Shown piece after piece: positions 52,769 to 62,197 of a DNA stretch of 64,000 bases. The DNA is taken from positions 1 through 64,000 of IMG/VR virus record IMGVR_UViG_3300017780_004980; one strand, given 5' to 3'. The notes beneath the pieces were generated by a model. It was not told the DNA's origin, did not search any database, and worked only from the letters and a program-made list of their open reading frames with translations. Made by a program: the position numbers and the translations under genes. Positions within the stretch are counted from its first letter, which is position 1; each line of letters starts with the position of its first letter. The DNA comes from a virus.

Positions 52769-53725
52769 CTAGGTGGTGGCGCCGATGTTGTCGTAGCGCA
52801 CGACGGCGTCAGCTTCTTCGATCTGAAGGGCGACGCGGGCGGTCAGGACGATGATGTAGACGCGGGCAGTGATGTCCTTGTCGTACTCCATCGAGACCTG
52901 GCGCTGGATGCCGAAGATCAGGTTCTTCGGGTTGCAGAACAGGCCGTCGCTGTCGGGCATTAGCGCAACCGGCACCAGCGGCGAACCGTAGGGGCTGATG
53001 GCGCGTTGGCCGTTGACCACGTCGTCGCCGAGGGCGGTCGGGCGGTCGGCCAGGGTGTCCATGTACTCGGTGTACTGGTCCACCGACACGAAGTGCCGCA
53101 TCGAGCCGACGTCGCGCAGGTAGGCCTTCGGCATGGCCATCTTGCCGCGCTTGAAGGTCGTCTTGGAGATCGTGGCGTTGGCCCGGTCCACGACGTTGCC
53201 GTCCTGGTAGCCACGCTTCAGATACCCGTCCTGCATGGCGAGGTAGGTGTCGCCGCTGTCGTCGTCGGCCAGGATGCCGAGTTCTTCCAGGTCGAGGGCC
53301 GCCCGTTCCGCGATCAGTTCGATCAGGGTGGTGCGGAGGCCGCCGGGGCCGCCGTTGGAGCCTTCGTTGTTGGCCGCGCCGGCGCTCTCGATGTTGTCTT
53401 CCAGGACATCGTAGGGCAGGCGGATTTCCGCGATGACTTCGTCGGTGTCGAGCTGGATTTGCTCGGTGGTCGGCTTGGCGCGGTCGCCCGAGCTCAGGGC
53501 GGTCGAGGAGACGGCCTTGCGCAGGATGCGGCTGCCGAAGCCGATCTTGTTGATCTTGCGTTGCGGCGCCGACATGCCAACCACCCGGACGTCCTGAAGC
53601 AGGGTCGGCTGAATGATCATCTTGCGGATGAAGGTGTCGGCTTGTTCCGGCAGCAGCAGGCCGCCGTCGGTGGTCAGGTCCGAGAGGGCCAGATCGGCCT
53701 TACGGAGCAGGGATTGGTTCTTCAT
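52769..53725 (-). CDS. major capsid protein (HK97 fold)
   Basis: GGLL.PEQA..FI, LEDNIE, P.NLIFG; position after scaffold. Confidence 0.9.
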   Translation of the reverse strand: MKNQSLLRKADLALSDLTTDGGLLLPEQADTFIRKMIIQPTLLQDVRVVGMSAPQRKINKIGFGSRILRKAVSSTALSSGDRAKPTTEQIQLDTDEVIAEIRLPYDVLEDNIESAGAANNEGSNGGPGGLRTTLIELIAERAALDLEELGILADDDSGDTYLAMQDGYLKRGYQDGNVVDRANATISKTTFKRGKMAMPKAYLRDVGSMRHFVSVDQYTEYMDTLADRPTALGDDVVNGQRAISPYGSPLVPVALMPDSDGLFCNPKNLIFGIQRQVSMEYDKDITARVYIIVLTARVALQIEEADAVVRYDNIGATT

Positions 53726-53752
53726 TTCGGTAGCCCCCAAAAGGTTTGCTGG

Positions 53753-54937
53753 TTAGCCGCGCAGCCGCGCGACCTGGCCGGCGCGACGGTCGCGTTCGGC
53801 CTTCTTGTCATTCACGAAGGGATCGCTGAAGCCGGTGTCGATCAGACCGAACTGTCCGTTGTCGGACCGGTCGCCCTTGCGGGTGACCTCCGGGTCTTCT
53901 TCGGTATCTGCTCCCACGATGCCCGAACCGAGCACGTCGTCCATCTTCTTCAGACCGGCGGAAGTGGCCGCGACCTGTTCGGTCAGGCTGGTCAGGGCGG
54001 TACCCTGCTCATCCTGCTTCTTGGCCACGCCCTCGACGACGCCGGACATCTTCTCGATGGCCGCCATGACCGCAGCCAGGCCGTCCGGCTCGGCCGTTTT
54101 GGCGACCGTGGCGGGGGCATCAGCGGCGGGTTCGGGAGCAGCTTCCGGGTCCGACTTCTCGGCCGCCACAGGGGCGGCTTCGGCAGCGGGCTCGGGAGCC
54201 GGTTCCGCAGCGGCCGGGGCCGGCGCGGGGTCGCCCTTCTTGGTGCTGTCGGTCGTGGCCGCGATCTCCCCCTTCGGGGCGTCAGCCTTGAGGACAACAT
54301 CTTCCAGCTTGAAGGCGTTGACAGGGATCGCCTTGACGGTCCCCAGAACCACTTCGGTGAAGTCGGACAGAGCCGCTTTCACCAACTTGGCGGCATCGGC
54401 AGGCGAGGACGCCATGCCCATGGTGTTGTAGATCGTGTCCATCAGGGCCGAGCAGGCGATGCTGACCATCGGGAGGGCGCCCTCCTGGGAGAAGACCTCC
54501 TTGAAGTCGCCGCTCTGCCAGTTGTAGCCCTCGAAGCCCTTGGTCAGGGTTTCCGGCATGTCGGCGACGCCGATGAAGACGTGATCGTTCAGCTTGACGG
54601 CGACGTAGTCGTCTTCGTCGCGGAAACCTTCCTGCTTGAACAGGTAGCCGGTTTCCTGTTCCTCGACGTTGTCGACGGTGAAGCCACCCTGGGTCACCAG
54701 ACCCGAGGCTTCTTCCATCGAATAGGTCTTGGCGACGGCGATGAAGCCCACCGACGGCGGGGCGAGCACCTTGTCCTTCTTGCGGAAGGCGAACACCCCC
54801 AGGTCGATGCCAGCCATGTTGTCTTCCCCTGATTTGCGCTTCACCAGCCGGAACGGCTCGCGGTTAGCCCCGTGATCGACGAGAGAGATGAACTGAACTT
54901 TTCCGCGCGTCAACTCGTTTGCAGTAGTTTTGGACAT
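53753..54937 (-). CDS. scaffold / head assembly protein
   Basis: FISLVDHGAN..PF..VK N-terminus, Ala/Pro linker, coiled coil. Confidence 0.7.
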   Translation of the reverse strand: MSKTTANELTRGKVQFISLVDHGANREPFRLVKRKSGEDNMAGIDLGVFAFRKKDKVLAPPSVGFIAVAKTYSMEEASGLVTQGGFTVDNVEEQETGYLFKQEGFRDEDDYVAVKLNDHVFIGVADMPETLTKGFEGYNWQSGDFKEVFSQEGALPMVSIACSALMDTIYNTMGMASSPADAAKLVKAALSDFTEVVLGTVKAIPVNAFKLEDVVLKADAPKGEIAATTDSTKKGDPAPAPAAAEPAPEPAAEAAPVAAEKSDPEAAPEPAADAPATVAKTAEPDGLAAVMAAIEKMSGVVEGVAKKQDEQGTALTSLTEQVAATSAGLKKMDDVLGSGIVGADTEEDPEVTRKGDRSDNGQFGLIDTGFSDPFVNDKKAERDRRAGQVARLRG

Positions 54938-55678
54938 CTAAGCCCCCACCATTTTCTCGATAAAGGCGAACCGATGGGAGTGATCCCCAGATTTCTCAGT
55001 CGCCGTGCCACGCTTGATGACGTGGAGATGGCTCGTGCCGTCCGCGTCGGTGTGTATGGAAGTTCGGCCGCCGATCAACTTTCCGTCCTCGTCGTAGTAG
55101 ACCTCGAACTCGTGCTCGTGGTCGTCCGAACCTGACTTGAAGGTGCGACCAAAGGCGACGCCCGGCGCCTCGATGACCAGCTCGGCCTCCTTACGGACAG
55201 CGAGCACCTCCATGCTGAAGCCGTTCAGAGTGCCGTCTTTCACCAGAGCCCACAGCTCGGGGTCGGGGATTTTCACCGCCACCACCCAGCTACCAGGGAT
55301 CGGGAAATCCGGGTCGCCCTTGCGGACGATGAAGCTCTCGACCACGAAGCAGCCGTAGGCCCGGTTGTCGTGCATGACGTCGATGGCCTTCAGGTCGCCG
55401 TCCTCGGCGTACTTGTAGGCCATGGTCTCGATTTCCGAGGCCGTCATGAAGTCGTTGTGCGTGTCCGGCACGTCGGGCGCGTAGACGACGCCCCAGACGA
55501 TTTGCTTGTCGGCGTCAGCCTTCTTGCTGAAGACCAGGTCCGCCCCAGGGACGTGGGTGATTTCGTCCATCACCGGATCGACGACGCCCTTGCGCCGGCC
55601 AAGCTGTCGCTCCTCGTCCGTAAGACGGAACGGCAGGAGCACTCGGCCCCCCAGCGCGTGTTTCGTGATCCCCGACAT
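54938..55678 (-). CDS. XkdF-like prohead serine protease
   Basis: QIVWGVVYAPD..D.H.D, D.MHD, GSWV, W..VKDG.LNGFSME. Confidence 0.88.
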   Translation of the reverse strand: MSGITKHALGGRVLLPFRLTDEERQLGRRKGVVDPVMDEITHVPGADLVFSKKADADKQIVWGVVYAPDVPDTHNDFMTASEIETMAYKYAEDGDLKAIDVMHDNRAYGCFVVESFIVRKGDPDFPIPGSWVVAVKIPDPELWALVKDGTLNGFSMEVLAVRKEAELVIEAPGVAFGRTFKSGSDDHEHEFEVYYDEDGKLIGGRTSIHTDADGTSHLHVIKRGTATEKSGDHSHRFAFIEKMVGA

Positions 55679-55698
55679 GCCTGCCTGTATCAGGCACT

Positions 55699-55714
55699 TT
55701 GCAAGTGGTTGCAA
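55699..55714. promoter_or_regulatory. TTGCAA-N4-TTGCAA site between portal and protease
   Basis: exact copy, intergenic. Confidence 0.75.
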
Positions 55715-55723
55715 GACCCCTGC

Positions 55724-57328
55724 TTACGCAGCGGCGGGCGTTTTCACCGGGGTCGGCTTCTTGCTGCCGGGCTTCACCTGATTGGCCGTCGCGCTGTTCG
55801 CCGGCGCCGGGTTCTTCAGCCCCTCGATTTCAGCGGCCCCGCGCTCCTCGAATTCCTGGTCGGCCCCCGGGCGCACAGTCAGATGCAACGAAGTCGAGGT
55901 GTTGATCGCCTCAACCAGTTCAGTCGGCGTGATCGCCCGCGCATTGACGGCGAGCTCCAGGGCGGTGAGCTGGTTGGTCACATCGTTGACCGAGGTCGGC
56001 AGAGACCGGAACGCCACCGAACCAGTCGGGTCGAGCTCCCGGATGATGGTCGAGTTGATCGTGGCGTCGAACTCCCGGCGCATGGGGGCAAACACCTGGG
56101 CCTCGGCCATCGTGTACGAGGCGTAGGCGGTGGCGAAGGTGTAGTCCTTGGCCGACCCGACGAACAACGGAGGCAGGCGCCAGGCGCGGCGGATGCGCTC
56201 CTCGCACTTGGCGTCGTAGTTCTCGAACATGCTGTCCTTCTGGCGCTCGTTCCCGAACCGCTCGACCGTCACCCGGACGGAGCCACTGCTGTCCAGGCTG
56301 CCGCCGGAGGCGTAGGTCTCGAACACCGGGACGCCCTGTTTCGCGCCCGGCTTGGAGGCCAGGTAGTGCTGCAAGTCGATCTTGGCCTGCGTGGCCATGA
56401 TCCCGCCGTGGACGAAGACCATGAAGGGCGGGACGCCGCCCGCGTTGAAGTAGTCGAGGTTGAACTCCTCGGCCTTGCGGCTGCCCAGCACCGACGGGGT
56501 CTGGGTGATCCAGGCCGGCACGCAATACGGCGTGTCCACGTCCGGCATCTTGGTGAAGGCCAAGATTTCGGAGCCGAGCTCCTTCTTGGTCATCATCTTG
56601 ACCCGCTCGTTCGGCTCCTTGAACTCGCCGTTCTTCTTGTTGATCGGCAGCGGGCAGCCGTATTCCTTGAAGTAGATGAACTTCGAGCCCAGCTGCTGGA
56701 CATACCGGCGATAGCGCATCGCCGTGTTGACCTTGATCTCCTCCCCGCCCCGCCAGATCGAGATGTTGACGGTGATCGGCTCGCCGAGCTTCACCATCCG
56801 CATCGGTTTGGGGTCCAGGCGGCGAAGCATGACCAGCTGTCCGCGCATGTTGCGGACGATCTCGACGTAGGCCATGCCGAAAATCTCGACGTCCTCGCCG
56901 ATCTGCTTCCGCAGCTGGTTGAAGGTAGTCTTCGGCCAGACCTCGTCGAAGAATTCCAACACCTTCTTGGCTTCGGGCGTGATCTTGGCTTCGCCCTCCA
57001 GGTTCGGGTCCTTGCTCTCGACGACGTAGCCCGTCCCGTGGACGTTGGTCACGACCGCCTCGATGCAGGCCTGAACGGCGTTGCTCTGCTGGACGAGGCC
57101 TTGCAGGAGCTTGGGCAGGAACGGCGGTTCGATGATCCCCGAGGAGGCGCCGGCGACGCCGCTGCTGACGTACTTGCCGGCGAACTCGTCCTCATACTCC
57201 AGACCATTCGGCTCGACATCGGCCTTCGACAAGAACGACTTCATCGGCCGGATGAAGTTGTAGCCGACCTCCCGGATTTGCTCCTGGGCTTCCTTGATCG
57301 TGACTTCACCGGCCTCGGCCATGAGCAT
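55724..57328 (-). CDS. portal protein
   Basis: FG.AYVEIVRN, YF..GGVP, RLPPLFVG...Y..ATA. Confidence 0.9.
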   Translation of the reverse strand: MLMAEAGEVTIKEAQEQIREVGYNFIRPMKSFLSKADVEPNGLEYEDEFAGKYVSSGVAGASSGIIEPPFLPKLLQGLVQQSNAVQACIEAVVTNVHGTGYVVESKDPNLEGEAKITPEAKKVLEFFDEVWPKTTFNQLRKQIGEDVEIFGMAYVEIVRNMRGQLVMLRRLDPKPMRMVKLGEPITVNISIWRGGEEIKVNTAMRYRRYVQQLGSKFIYFKEYGCPLPINKKNGEFKEPNERVKMMTKKELGSEILAFTKMPDVDTPYCVPAWITQTPSVLGSRKAEEFNLDYFNAGGVPPFMVFVHGGIMATQAKIDLQHYLASKPGAKQGVPVFETYASGGSLDSSGSVRVTVERFGNERQKDSMFENYDAKCEERIRRAWRLPPLFVGSAKDYTFATAYASYTMAEAQVFAPMRREFDATINSTIIRELDPTGSVAFRSLPTSVNDVTNQLTALELAVNARAITPTELVEAINTSTSLHLTVRPGADQEFEERGAAEIEGLKNPAPANSATANQVKPGSKKPTPVKTPAAA

Positions 57329-57332
57329 CCCC

Positions 57333-57348
57333 CTGCAAGTGGTTGCAA
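57333..57348. promoter_or_regulatory. near-exact operator between polymerase and portal
   Basis: CTGCAAGTGGTTGCAA. Confidence 0.7.
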
Positions 57349-57354
57349 CGCCGA

Positions 57355-59769
57355 TCAGGCGGGCAAAACATACTTCTTGCAATCGCTCATATTCGTCCCG
57401 ACTTCAAGGTCCACCGGGAAGTCGATCTGGTGGTTCCAGCCCATCGTGGACTTCAGGGGCAGGGTCGACATGATCTCCTTGACCCGGCCCAGGTAGTAGT
57501 CGGCATGCTCGGCGTTGACATAGCCGTACAGGTTGTCGTGGGTAGCTCCGGCGATCCAGAGCTTGTCCTCTCCGCCAATGTCGGCTTCGAGCAGGGCCGC
57601 CGCCCAGATGTTCATGTCCGACAAACAGCCCTGGACCGGGCTGTTGATCGCCTGGCGCTCGGCTTCGGACTTCAACTGCCAGTTCTTCGAGTTGATCAGG
57701 GGAAGGTGGCGGACCCGGCCAAGCGGAGAAACCACCCATTCGTTCCGGCGGGCGAAGTCGATGTAGTCTTCGTGCCACGCGACCAGACCCGGGTAGGTCT
57801 CGAAGAACTTGTTCCGTACGCCCTCGGCCTCCTCGGCCGAGAGCTTCAGGCCGTAGGCCGTCCGCGCGTACTCCCGGAAGCCCGGGGCCTGCATGCCGTA
57901 CAGCAGGCCGAAGTTGGCCGGCTTGGCCCGGTTCCGGAACTTGGCGAACAAGGACTTGCCTTCGGACCCCTCCTCCAGTTCGTTCAGCGCCAGGAATTCG
58001 TCGAGCTCATAGCCAGCCATCGACGCCCCGGTCACCGCGTGCAGATCGAGCCCCGCCTTGTAGGCGGCGAGCATCGTCTCCTCGTTGGCGAGACAGGCGG
58101 TGATCCGCAACTCACCCTGGCTGTAGTCGGCCGACCAGAACACCATCCCGGGCGGCGCCGGGAAGCAGGCGCGCAACCGGGGAGCCCAGACCTTGTCGTG
58201 CTTGGGCACCGTCTGCATGGCCGGCTCCTTGGCCGCCAGTCGTCCGGTGACCGTACCGCTGTCATCGGCACTGGTGTCGTCGAACATGGCGCCGGCGAAC
58301 AGCATGTAGGTCGGATGGAACCGGCCATCGGGCCGCAGGTGCGCCAGGAAACCCCGGACATAAGTGCCGAGGAACTTCCCGCACTTCGACCACTCGGAGT
58401 AGGCCTTGATGAACGGACCCGCGACCTCATGGTCCGCGAACAACATCAGGTGGGCCTTGTTGATCTGCGGGTCCTGCTTCTTGTCCGTCACCATCAGCGG
58501 CTTCAGGTTCAGGCCGGCAGGCGAGAACAGGAAGTCCCGGATCATGGTGCCCCGGGTCAGGCTCAGGTCATCGGCGTAGCGGGCGCGGATGCGTCCCGGG
58601 ATCATCTGGAGGGCGACCTTCTCCCACTTGGCCATCTCCTCCATGAGATCGAGCTCAAGCTGCTGGAACTTGTCCAGGTCCACCACCAGTCCCCGGTGCT
58701 CGATCTTCTCGAACGCCCGGGCCGCCGGGTGCAGCACCTTCGTGTAGAACCGCGACAGGATCGGCTGCTGTCGGAGCTCCTCCTTCATGTAGTCGGCGAT
58801 CCGGTAGGCCGCGTCGGTATCCCCGCCGGCGTAGATCAGGAACCCCTCGGGGTCCTTGACTATCTCCTTCTCCATCTTGCCCTTGTCGGCCGTGGAGGCG
58901 AAGGGGTCGTCATAGCCGCCAATGGCCGTGTGCTCCTTGGCGTGCCAGTTCAGGCCGTTGCTCCGGTTCTCGTTCAGCAGCGATCCGACTATGGTCGTGT
59001 CCAGGCGGAAGTTGGTGCACTCAAGCCCCCACTTCACCCTGATCCAGTTGAGGTCGAACTTCAGGTTCGCGCCGATCAGCGCCACCCTCGGGTCGTTGAG
59101 AAGGGTGCGCAGCTCCGACAAAAAGAGGGACAGGTTCTTCGGGTCTTCGAAGTGCGGGTCCATCATGTTGATGACGTCCGCGACCCCCTCGGCGACGGTG
59201 ACCTGCACCGTGACGATTTTCTTCTCGGGGTACCACGGGTGGAAGCCCATCGTCTCAAGGTCTAGGGAGACTTGGATAGGCTTCTGTTTGGCCTCGTAGG
59301 ACTGTCGCACATACTCTTGGACGTACTTTAGGGTGGTTGTGTAGGCGTACGTGCCGACAGGAGGCTGGAGGCTCTGGGTGGTCAGGTACCTGTGGGCCAG
59401 GCGGATGTCCCAGATGATCTGGCCCGCCTTGTCGGCCTCCATGTTGGCCAGGGCCGGGGAGAACGACACCATCCAGTGACCGACGCCGACCGGCTGACCC
59501 TCGTTGTCGAGGCAGGTATGCGTGAACAGCTTGCCCCGCTGGCCGGTCACCGCCCGGTTCTTGGGGACCACGCCCGCGTACTTCAGCTCCTCGTAGATAT
59601 CGGAGCCCATACCTAGGACCAATTCATCGGGGTCCGGGTAGACTACCTTCTGGACCTTGTGCTCGATGATCCGCCAGTCGACGACCGGCGCCAGCTTTGG
59701 CATCACCGTCTTGACCGTCTTCTTGAGGCCGGCGTCGTCGTTCTTGCACCAGAAAGTCAGGATGGCCAA
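57355..59769 (-). CDS. polA: family A DNA polymerase (3'-5' exonuclease + polymerase; N-terminal UDG-like remnant)
   Basis: DLETMG, NLKFD, YAGGD, TGRL, DYSQGELR, R..AK..NFGLLYG, HD. Confidence 0.95.
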   Translation of the reverse strand: MAILTFWCKNDDAGLKKTVKTVMPKLAPVVDWRIIEHKVQKVVYPDPDELVLGMGSDIYEELKYAGVVPKNRAVTGQRGKLFTHTCLDNEGQPVGVGHWMVSFSPALANMEADKAGQIIWDIRLAHRYLTTQSLQPPVGTYAYTTTLKYVQEYVRQSYEAKQKPIQVSLDLETMGFHPWYPEKKIVTVQVTVAEGVADVINMMDPHFEDPKNLSLFLSELRTLLNDPRVALIGANLKFDLNWIRVKWGLECTNFRLDTTIVGSLLNENRSNGLNWHAKEHTAIGGYDDPFASTADKGKMEKEIVKDPEGFLIYAGGDTDAAYRIADYMKEELRQQPILSRFYTKVLHPAARAFEKIEHRGLVVDLDKFQQLELDLMEEMAKWEKVALQMIPGRIRARYADDLSLTRGTMIRDFLFSPAGLNLKPLMVTDKKQDPQINKAHLMLFADHEVAGPFIKAYSEWSKCGKFLGTYVRGFLAHLRPDGRFHPTYMLFAGAMFDDTSADDSGTVTGRLAAKEPAMQTVPKHDKVWAPRLRACFPAPPGMVFWSADYSQGELRITACLANEETMLAAYKAGLDLHAVTGASMAGYELDEFLALNELEEGSEGKSLFAKFRNRAKPANFGLLYGMQAPGFREYARTAYGLKLSAEEAEGVRNKFFETYPGLVAWHEDYIDFARRNEWVVSPLGRVRHLPLINSKNWQLKSEAERQAINSPVQGCLSDMNIWAAALLEADIGGEDKLWIAGATHDNLYGYVNAEHADYYLGRVKEIMSTLPLKSTMGWNHQIDFPVDLEVGTNMSDCKKYVLPA

Positions 59770-59772
59770 TGT

Positions 59773-60321
59773 CTAGTCCCCGGGAAGCGCCAACTCCATT
59801 TGGCTTTGGGGGGCGAGCCTGGAAGGGGTCACCCACCCCTCTACAGTAGCCTCTCGGGCGGCAGATGCAAGGACGTGGGGGCGGAGGCTTTCGAGGATTT
59901 CGTCAATCGGGGCCGGGTCCAGCTTTTCGAACAGGCCGGTCATCGCCGTGACCCGCCCCTTGATGCCGGGATCGGTCAGCACCTTGCGGCTGTCCAGCAT
60001 GATCAGGTCGAAATCGGGCACGATGGGGCCCGGGTTGTCCGCCGTCGGAACGTACGTCTGTGTCGCCACCAGATACAGGCTGCCGCGCAGGTGGACGACG
60101 ACCGCGATCCGCTCCGGGAACACGTAGTTATCGCCCCACTCGATCCGCGACGAAACGATCACGGCATTGAACTTCATCGTCAGGCCCAGCGTCGGGGCCT
60201 TGACCTCTCGAACCACCTCGCCCCGGATGACCTGCTGGTCATTGGCGTCCAGGGTCATGTTGAGCATGTCGGCCAGGGGGTACAGGGCCGAGGGGGTCAG
60301 TCTTTTCAGGCTGTCTGCCAC
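59773..60321 (-). CDS. hypothetical protein
   Basis: 182 aa in operon with polymerase. Confidence 0.75.
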   Translation of the reverse strand: MADSLKRLTPSALYPLADMLNMTLDANDQQVIRGEVVREVKAPTLGLTMKFNAVIVSSRIEWGDNYVFPERIAVVVHLRGSLYLVATQTYVPTADNPGPIVPDFDLIMLDSRKVLTDPGIKGRVTAMTGLFEKLDPAPIDEILESLRPHVLASAAREATVEGWVTPSRLAPQSQMELALPGD

Positions 60322-60536
60322 CGGATTTTTCCTTCTTCAATACGGGCCCGCATGTCGGCCATCTTGGCCCCAAAATACCGAACCTCGAAGGTCCAGCCGG
60401 CCAAGCCGTTGCCGGCGCCGTCAGCCTTCTTGGTCACCTTCAAGATCAGAGGTTCGCCAAGGACCGCCACCGGGCCGGGCACCTCGACGGTGTCTCCCTC
60501 GACCATCTTCATCAGGTTTCTGGCAGATGCGTTCAT
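60306..60536 (-). CDS. hypothetical protein
   Basis: MNASARN start, ATGA overlap, GGAG RBS. Confidence 0.7.
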   Translation of the reverse strand: MNASARNLMKMVEGDTVEVPGPVAVLGEPLILKVTKKADGAGNGLAGWTFEVRYFGAKMADMRARIEEGKIRWQTA

Positions 60537-61378
60537 GCGACCAGGGTCTCCATAATAGCCACGGGGGGCAGGGGGGTGCAGAGAGAGACCATCGAGCAAA
60601 CCGCGTGGACGGCACCCAAAATCTTGTAGATATCGACGAAGTTGGCGCACTGGACGTGCATCGACATATACTTGTCGCTCATGCCGCCATCGCCGCCGTT
60701 GCCGAACATGCCGGCCTGGGTCATCAGGTTGGCCAATTGTTGGCCATACTTCTCAAGCCGGATGCTAACCGAGTAACCCTCGTCGTCATCCTGTTCGAGG
60801 ATACGGACCGCACAGGCTACGGCCGGCGACAGGAAGACGACAAAGTACCGGCTTCCGGTGCTTGTGCCTTTGACCGGATAGAGCAGCTGCGAAGCCGTCT
60901 CCAGCGCGGTCTGCGGGGCCGTTTTCCCGTTGCCTTGAAACACCGGATAGGCGGGTGGGGTCCAGACCTTGGGGTCCGGGTCGACCGGGGTCTGGATGGT
61001 CTCTACGGAGGCCCCCACCAGGTCCGCGTCGCCGGTGACGGTCAGCTTGCCCGCTTTCAGATCAGACTTAGGCGGTTGCCCGGGGCTCGGGGTTTGCATG
61101 AAGGTCAGGAGCTGCGTCAGATGCCCGTGCAGGATTGAGATCAGCGTCAGGTGCGCCGAGTTACTGAGGTCCGCGCCGCTGTCCACCATGGTCAGCAGCA
61201 AGTGCGTGGTCAGGGGTATCTGGTATCCCGCCGCCGTCGGCAGCGCCTTCGAAATGGCTTTCAGGTACGCGCCGCTGACCTGGAACTCCAAGTCGTCGTC
61301 GGTCTGGACCATCAGGTCGTTCAAGACGATTTCGAGTTCCGGGGTGAACTTCAGGTCGTCGACTGTGATCTTCGTCAT
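60533..61378 (-). CDS. hypothetical protein
   Basis: MTKITVDD start after hairpin RBS 61380-61395; promoter 61450-61477. Confidence 0.8.
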   Translation of the reverse strand: MTKITVDDLKFTPELEIVLNDLMVQTDDDLEFQVSGAYLKAISKALPTAAGYQIPLTTHLLLTMVDSGADLSNSAHLTLISILHGHLTQLLTFMQTPSPGQPPKSDLKAGKLTVTGDADLVGASVETIQTPVDPDPKVWTPPAYPVFQGNGKTAPQTALETASQLLYPVKGTSTGSRYFVVFLSPAVACAVRILEQDDDEGYSVSIRLEKYGQQLANLMTQAGMFGNGGDGGMSDKYMSMHVQCANFVDIYKILGAVHAVCSMVSLCTPLPPVAIMETLVA

Positions 61379-61447
61379 GTGATCCTCCGTGATCAGTACC
61401 TTCTGGACTTCCGTCGAACCTATGGTGTGTAGGTCTAGGTACGTCAT

Positions 61448-62197
61448 CTACGATATCTCTGCCCCCTCGGGGGTCAATATGGAAGCCGACCAGATGGACA
61501 GATGTTCGTTCAGGGGCCCGCCCGTCGTGATGATCTTGCCCGAGGCCGGCGGCTTGGTCGGCTTGTAGGCATCGAAGTCCTGCAACTTACCGCCCGTGAT
61601 CTTGGACAGCGTGGGCTTCTTCGCCTCATACGAACCCCAGCCGGCGTGGTGGAACAGATCGGCCTTGCTGCCCTCCACCTTCTTGGCGCCGTAGGTCGCG
61701 TGCAGGAAGTTGACCTGCTTGCTGTTTTCCACCGCCTTCTTGCAGTAGTTCACCCGCACGAAGGTGATCGGGTCGTCGTCCGCTGGCACCAGCCGGGCGC
61801 GCAGGGCTGCCAGGAACATACCGGTCCGGCCGTGGCCGCCGATGCAGCCACAGTGGATTTTCTTGCCCTCCTTGAGCCTGGACGCCGTCCATTGGACCAT
61901 GTTCTCGAACTCAGAGGGACTGGTCGGGATATCCATGTCCTGGATGCGGAAGAAGACCTCCTCGCCCTCGGTCCAGGGGTAAATCTTCGAGGTGGGCCGC
62001 ATACCGCTGTCGAAGCCGATGTAGATATCGGCGTCCTTGACGATGGGGCTGATGCAGCTGCCGCCGTAGATCGTCAGGCCTGGGGCGATTTCCAGAGGGG
62101 GGTGGCTTTCGTAGCAGCGGGGAGGTACCGGCCCTTTGGGAGTCTTGCTCTCCCAGCCGTCGAAATCCTCCCACTGCTTCTTCTTGGGTTTAGGCAT
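61448..62197 (-). CDS. PTP/dual-specificity phosphatase-fold protein (CX5R)
   Basis: IQDMDIP general-acid loop, HCGCIGGHGRTG, VR..YC..AVE..Q. Confidence 0.85.
   Translation of the reverse strand: MPKPKKKQWEDFDGWESKTPKGPVPPRCYESHPPLEIAPGLTIYGGSCISPIVKDADIYIGFDSGMRPTSKIYPWTEGEEVFFRIQDMDIPTSPSEFENMVQWTASRLKEGKKIHCGCIGGHGRTGMFLAALRARLVPADDDPITFVRVNYCKKAVENSKQVNFLHATYGAKKVEGSKADLFHHAGWGSYEAKKPTLSKITGGKLQDFDAYKPTKPPASGKIITTGGPLNEHLSIWSASILTPEGAEIS
61450..61477 (-). promoter_or_regulatory. sigma70-type promoter
   Basis: TTGACC-N16-TATCGT. Confidence 0.75.

Noticed and set aside
4970-55714. ORF-track starts reading MQPLA/MQPS (5716, 32173, 33281, 55714)
   Set aside because: These are TTG codons inside the TTGCAA operator; better RBS-supported or coupled starts lie downstream.
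60306-60536. Possible CsrA homolog (small beta-rich protein)
   Set aside because: Lacks the MLxLxR and GxxAPxxxxxxRxE motifs of CsrA.
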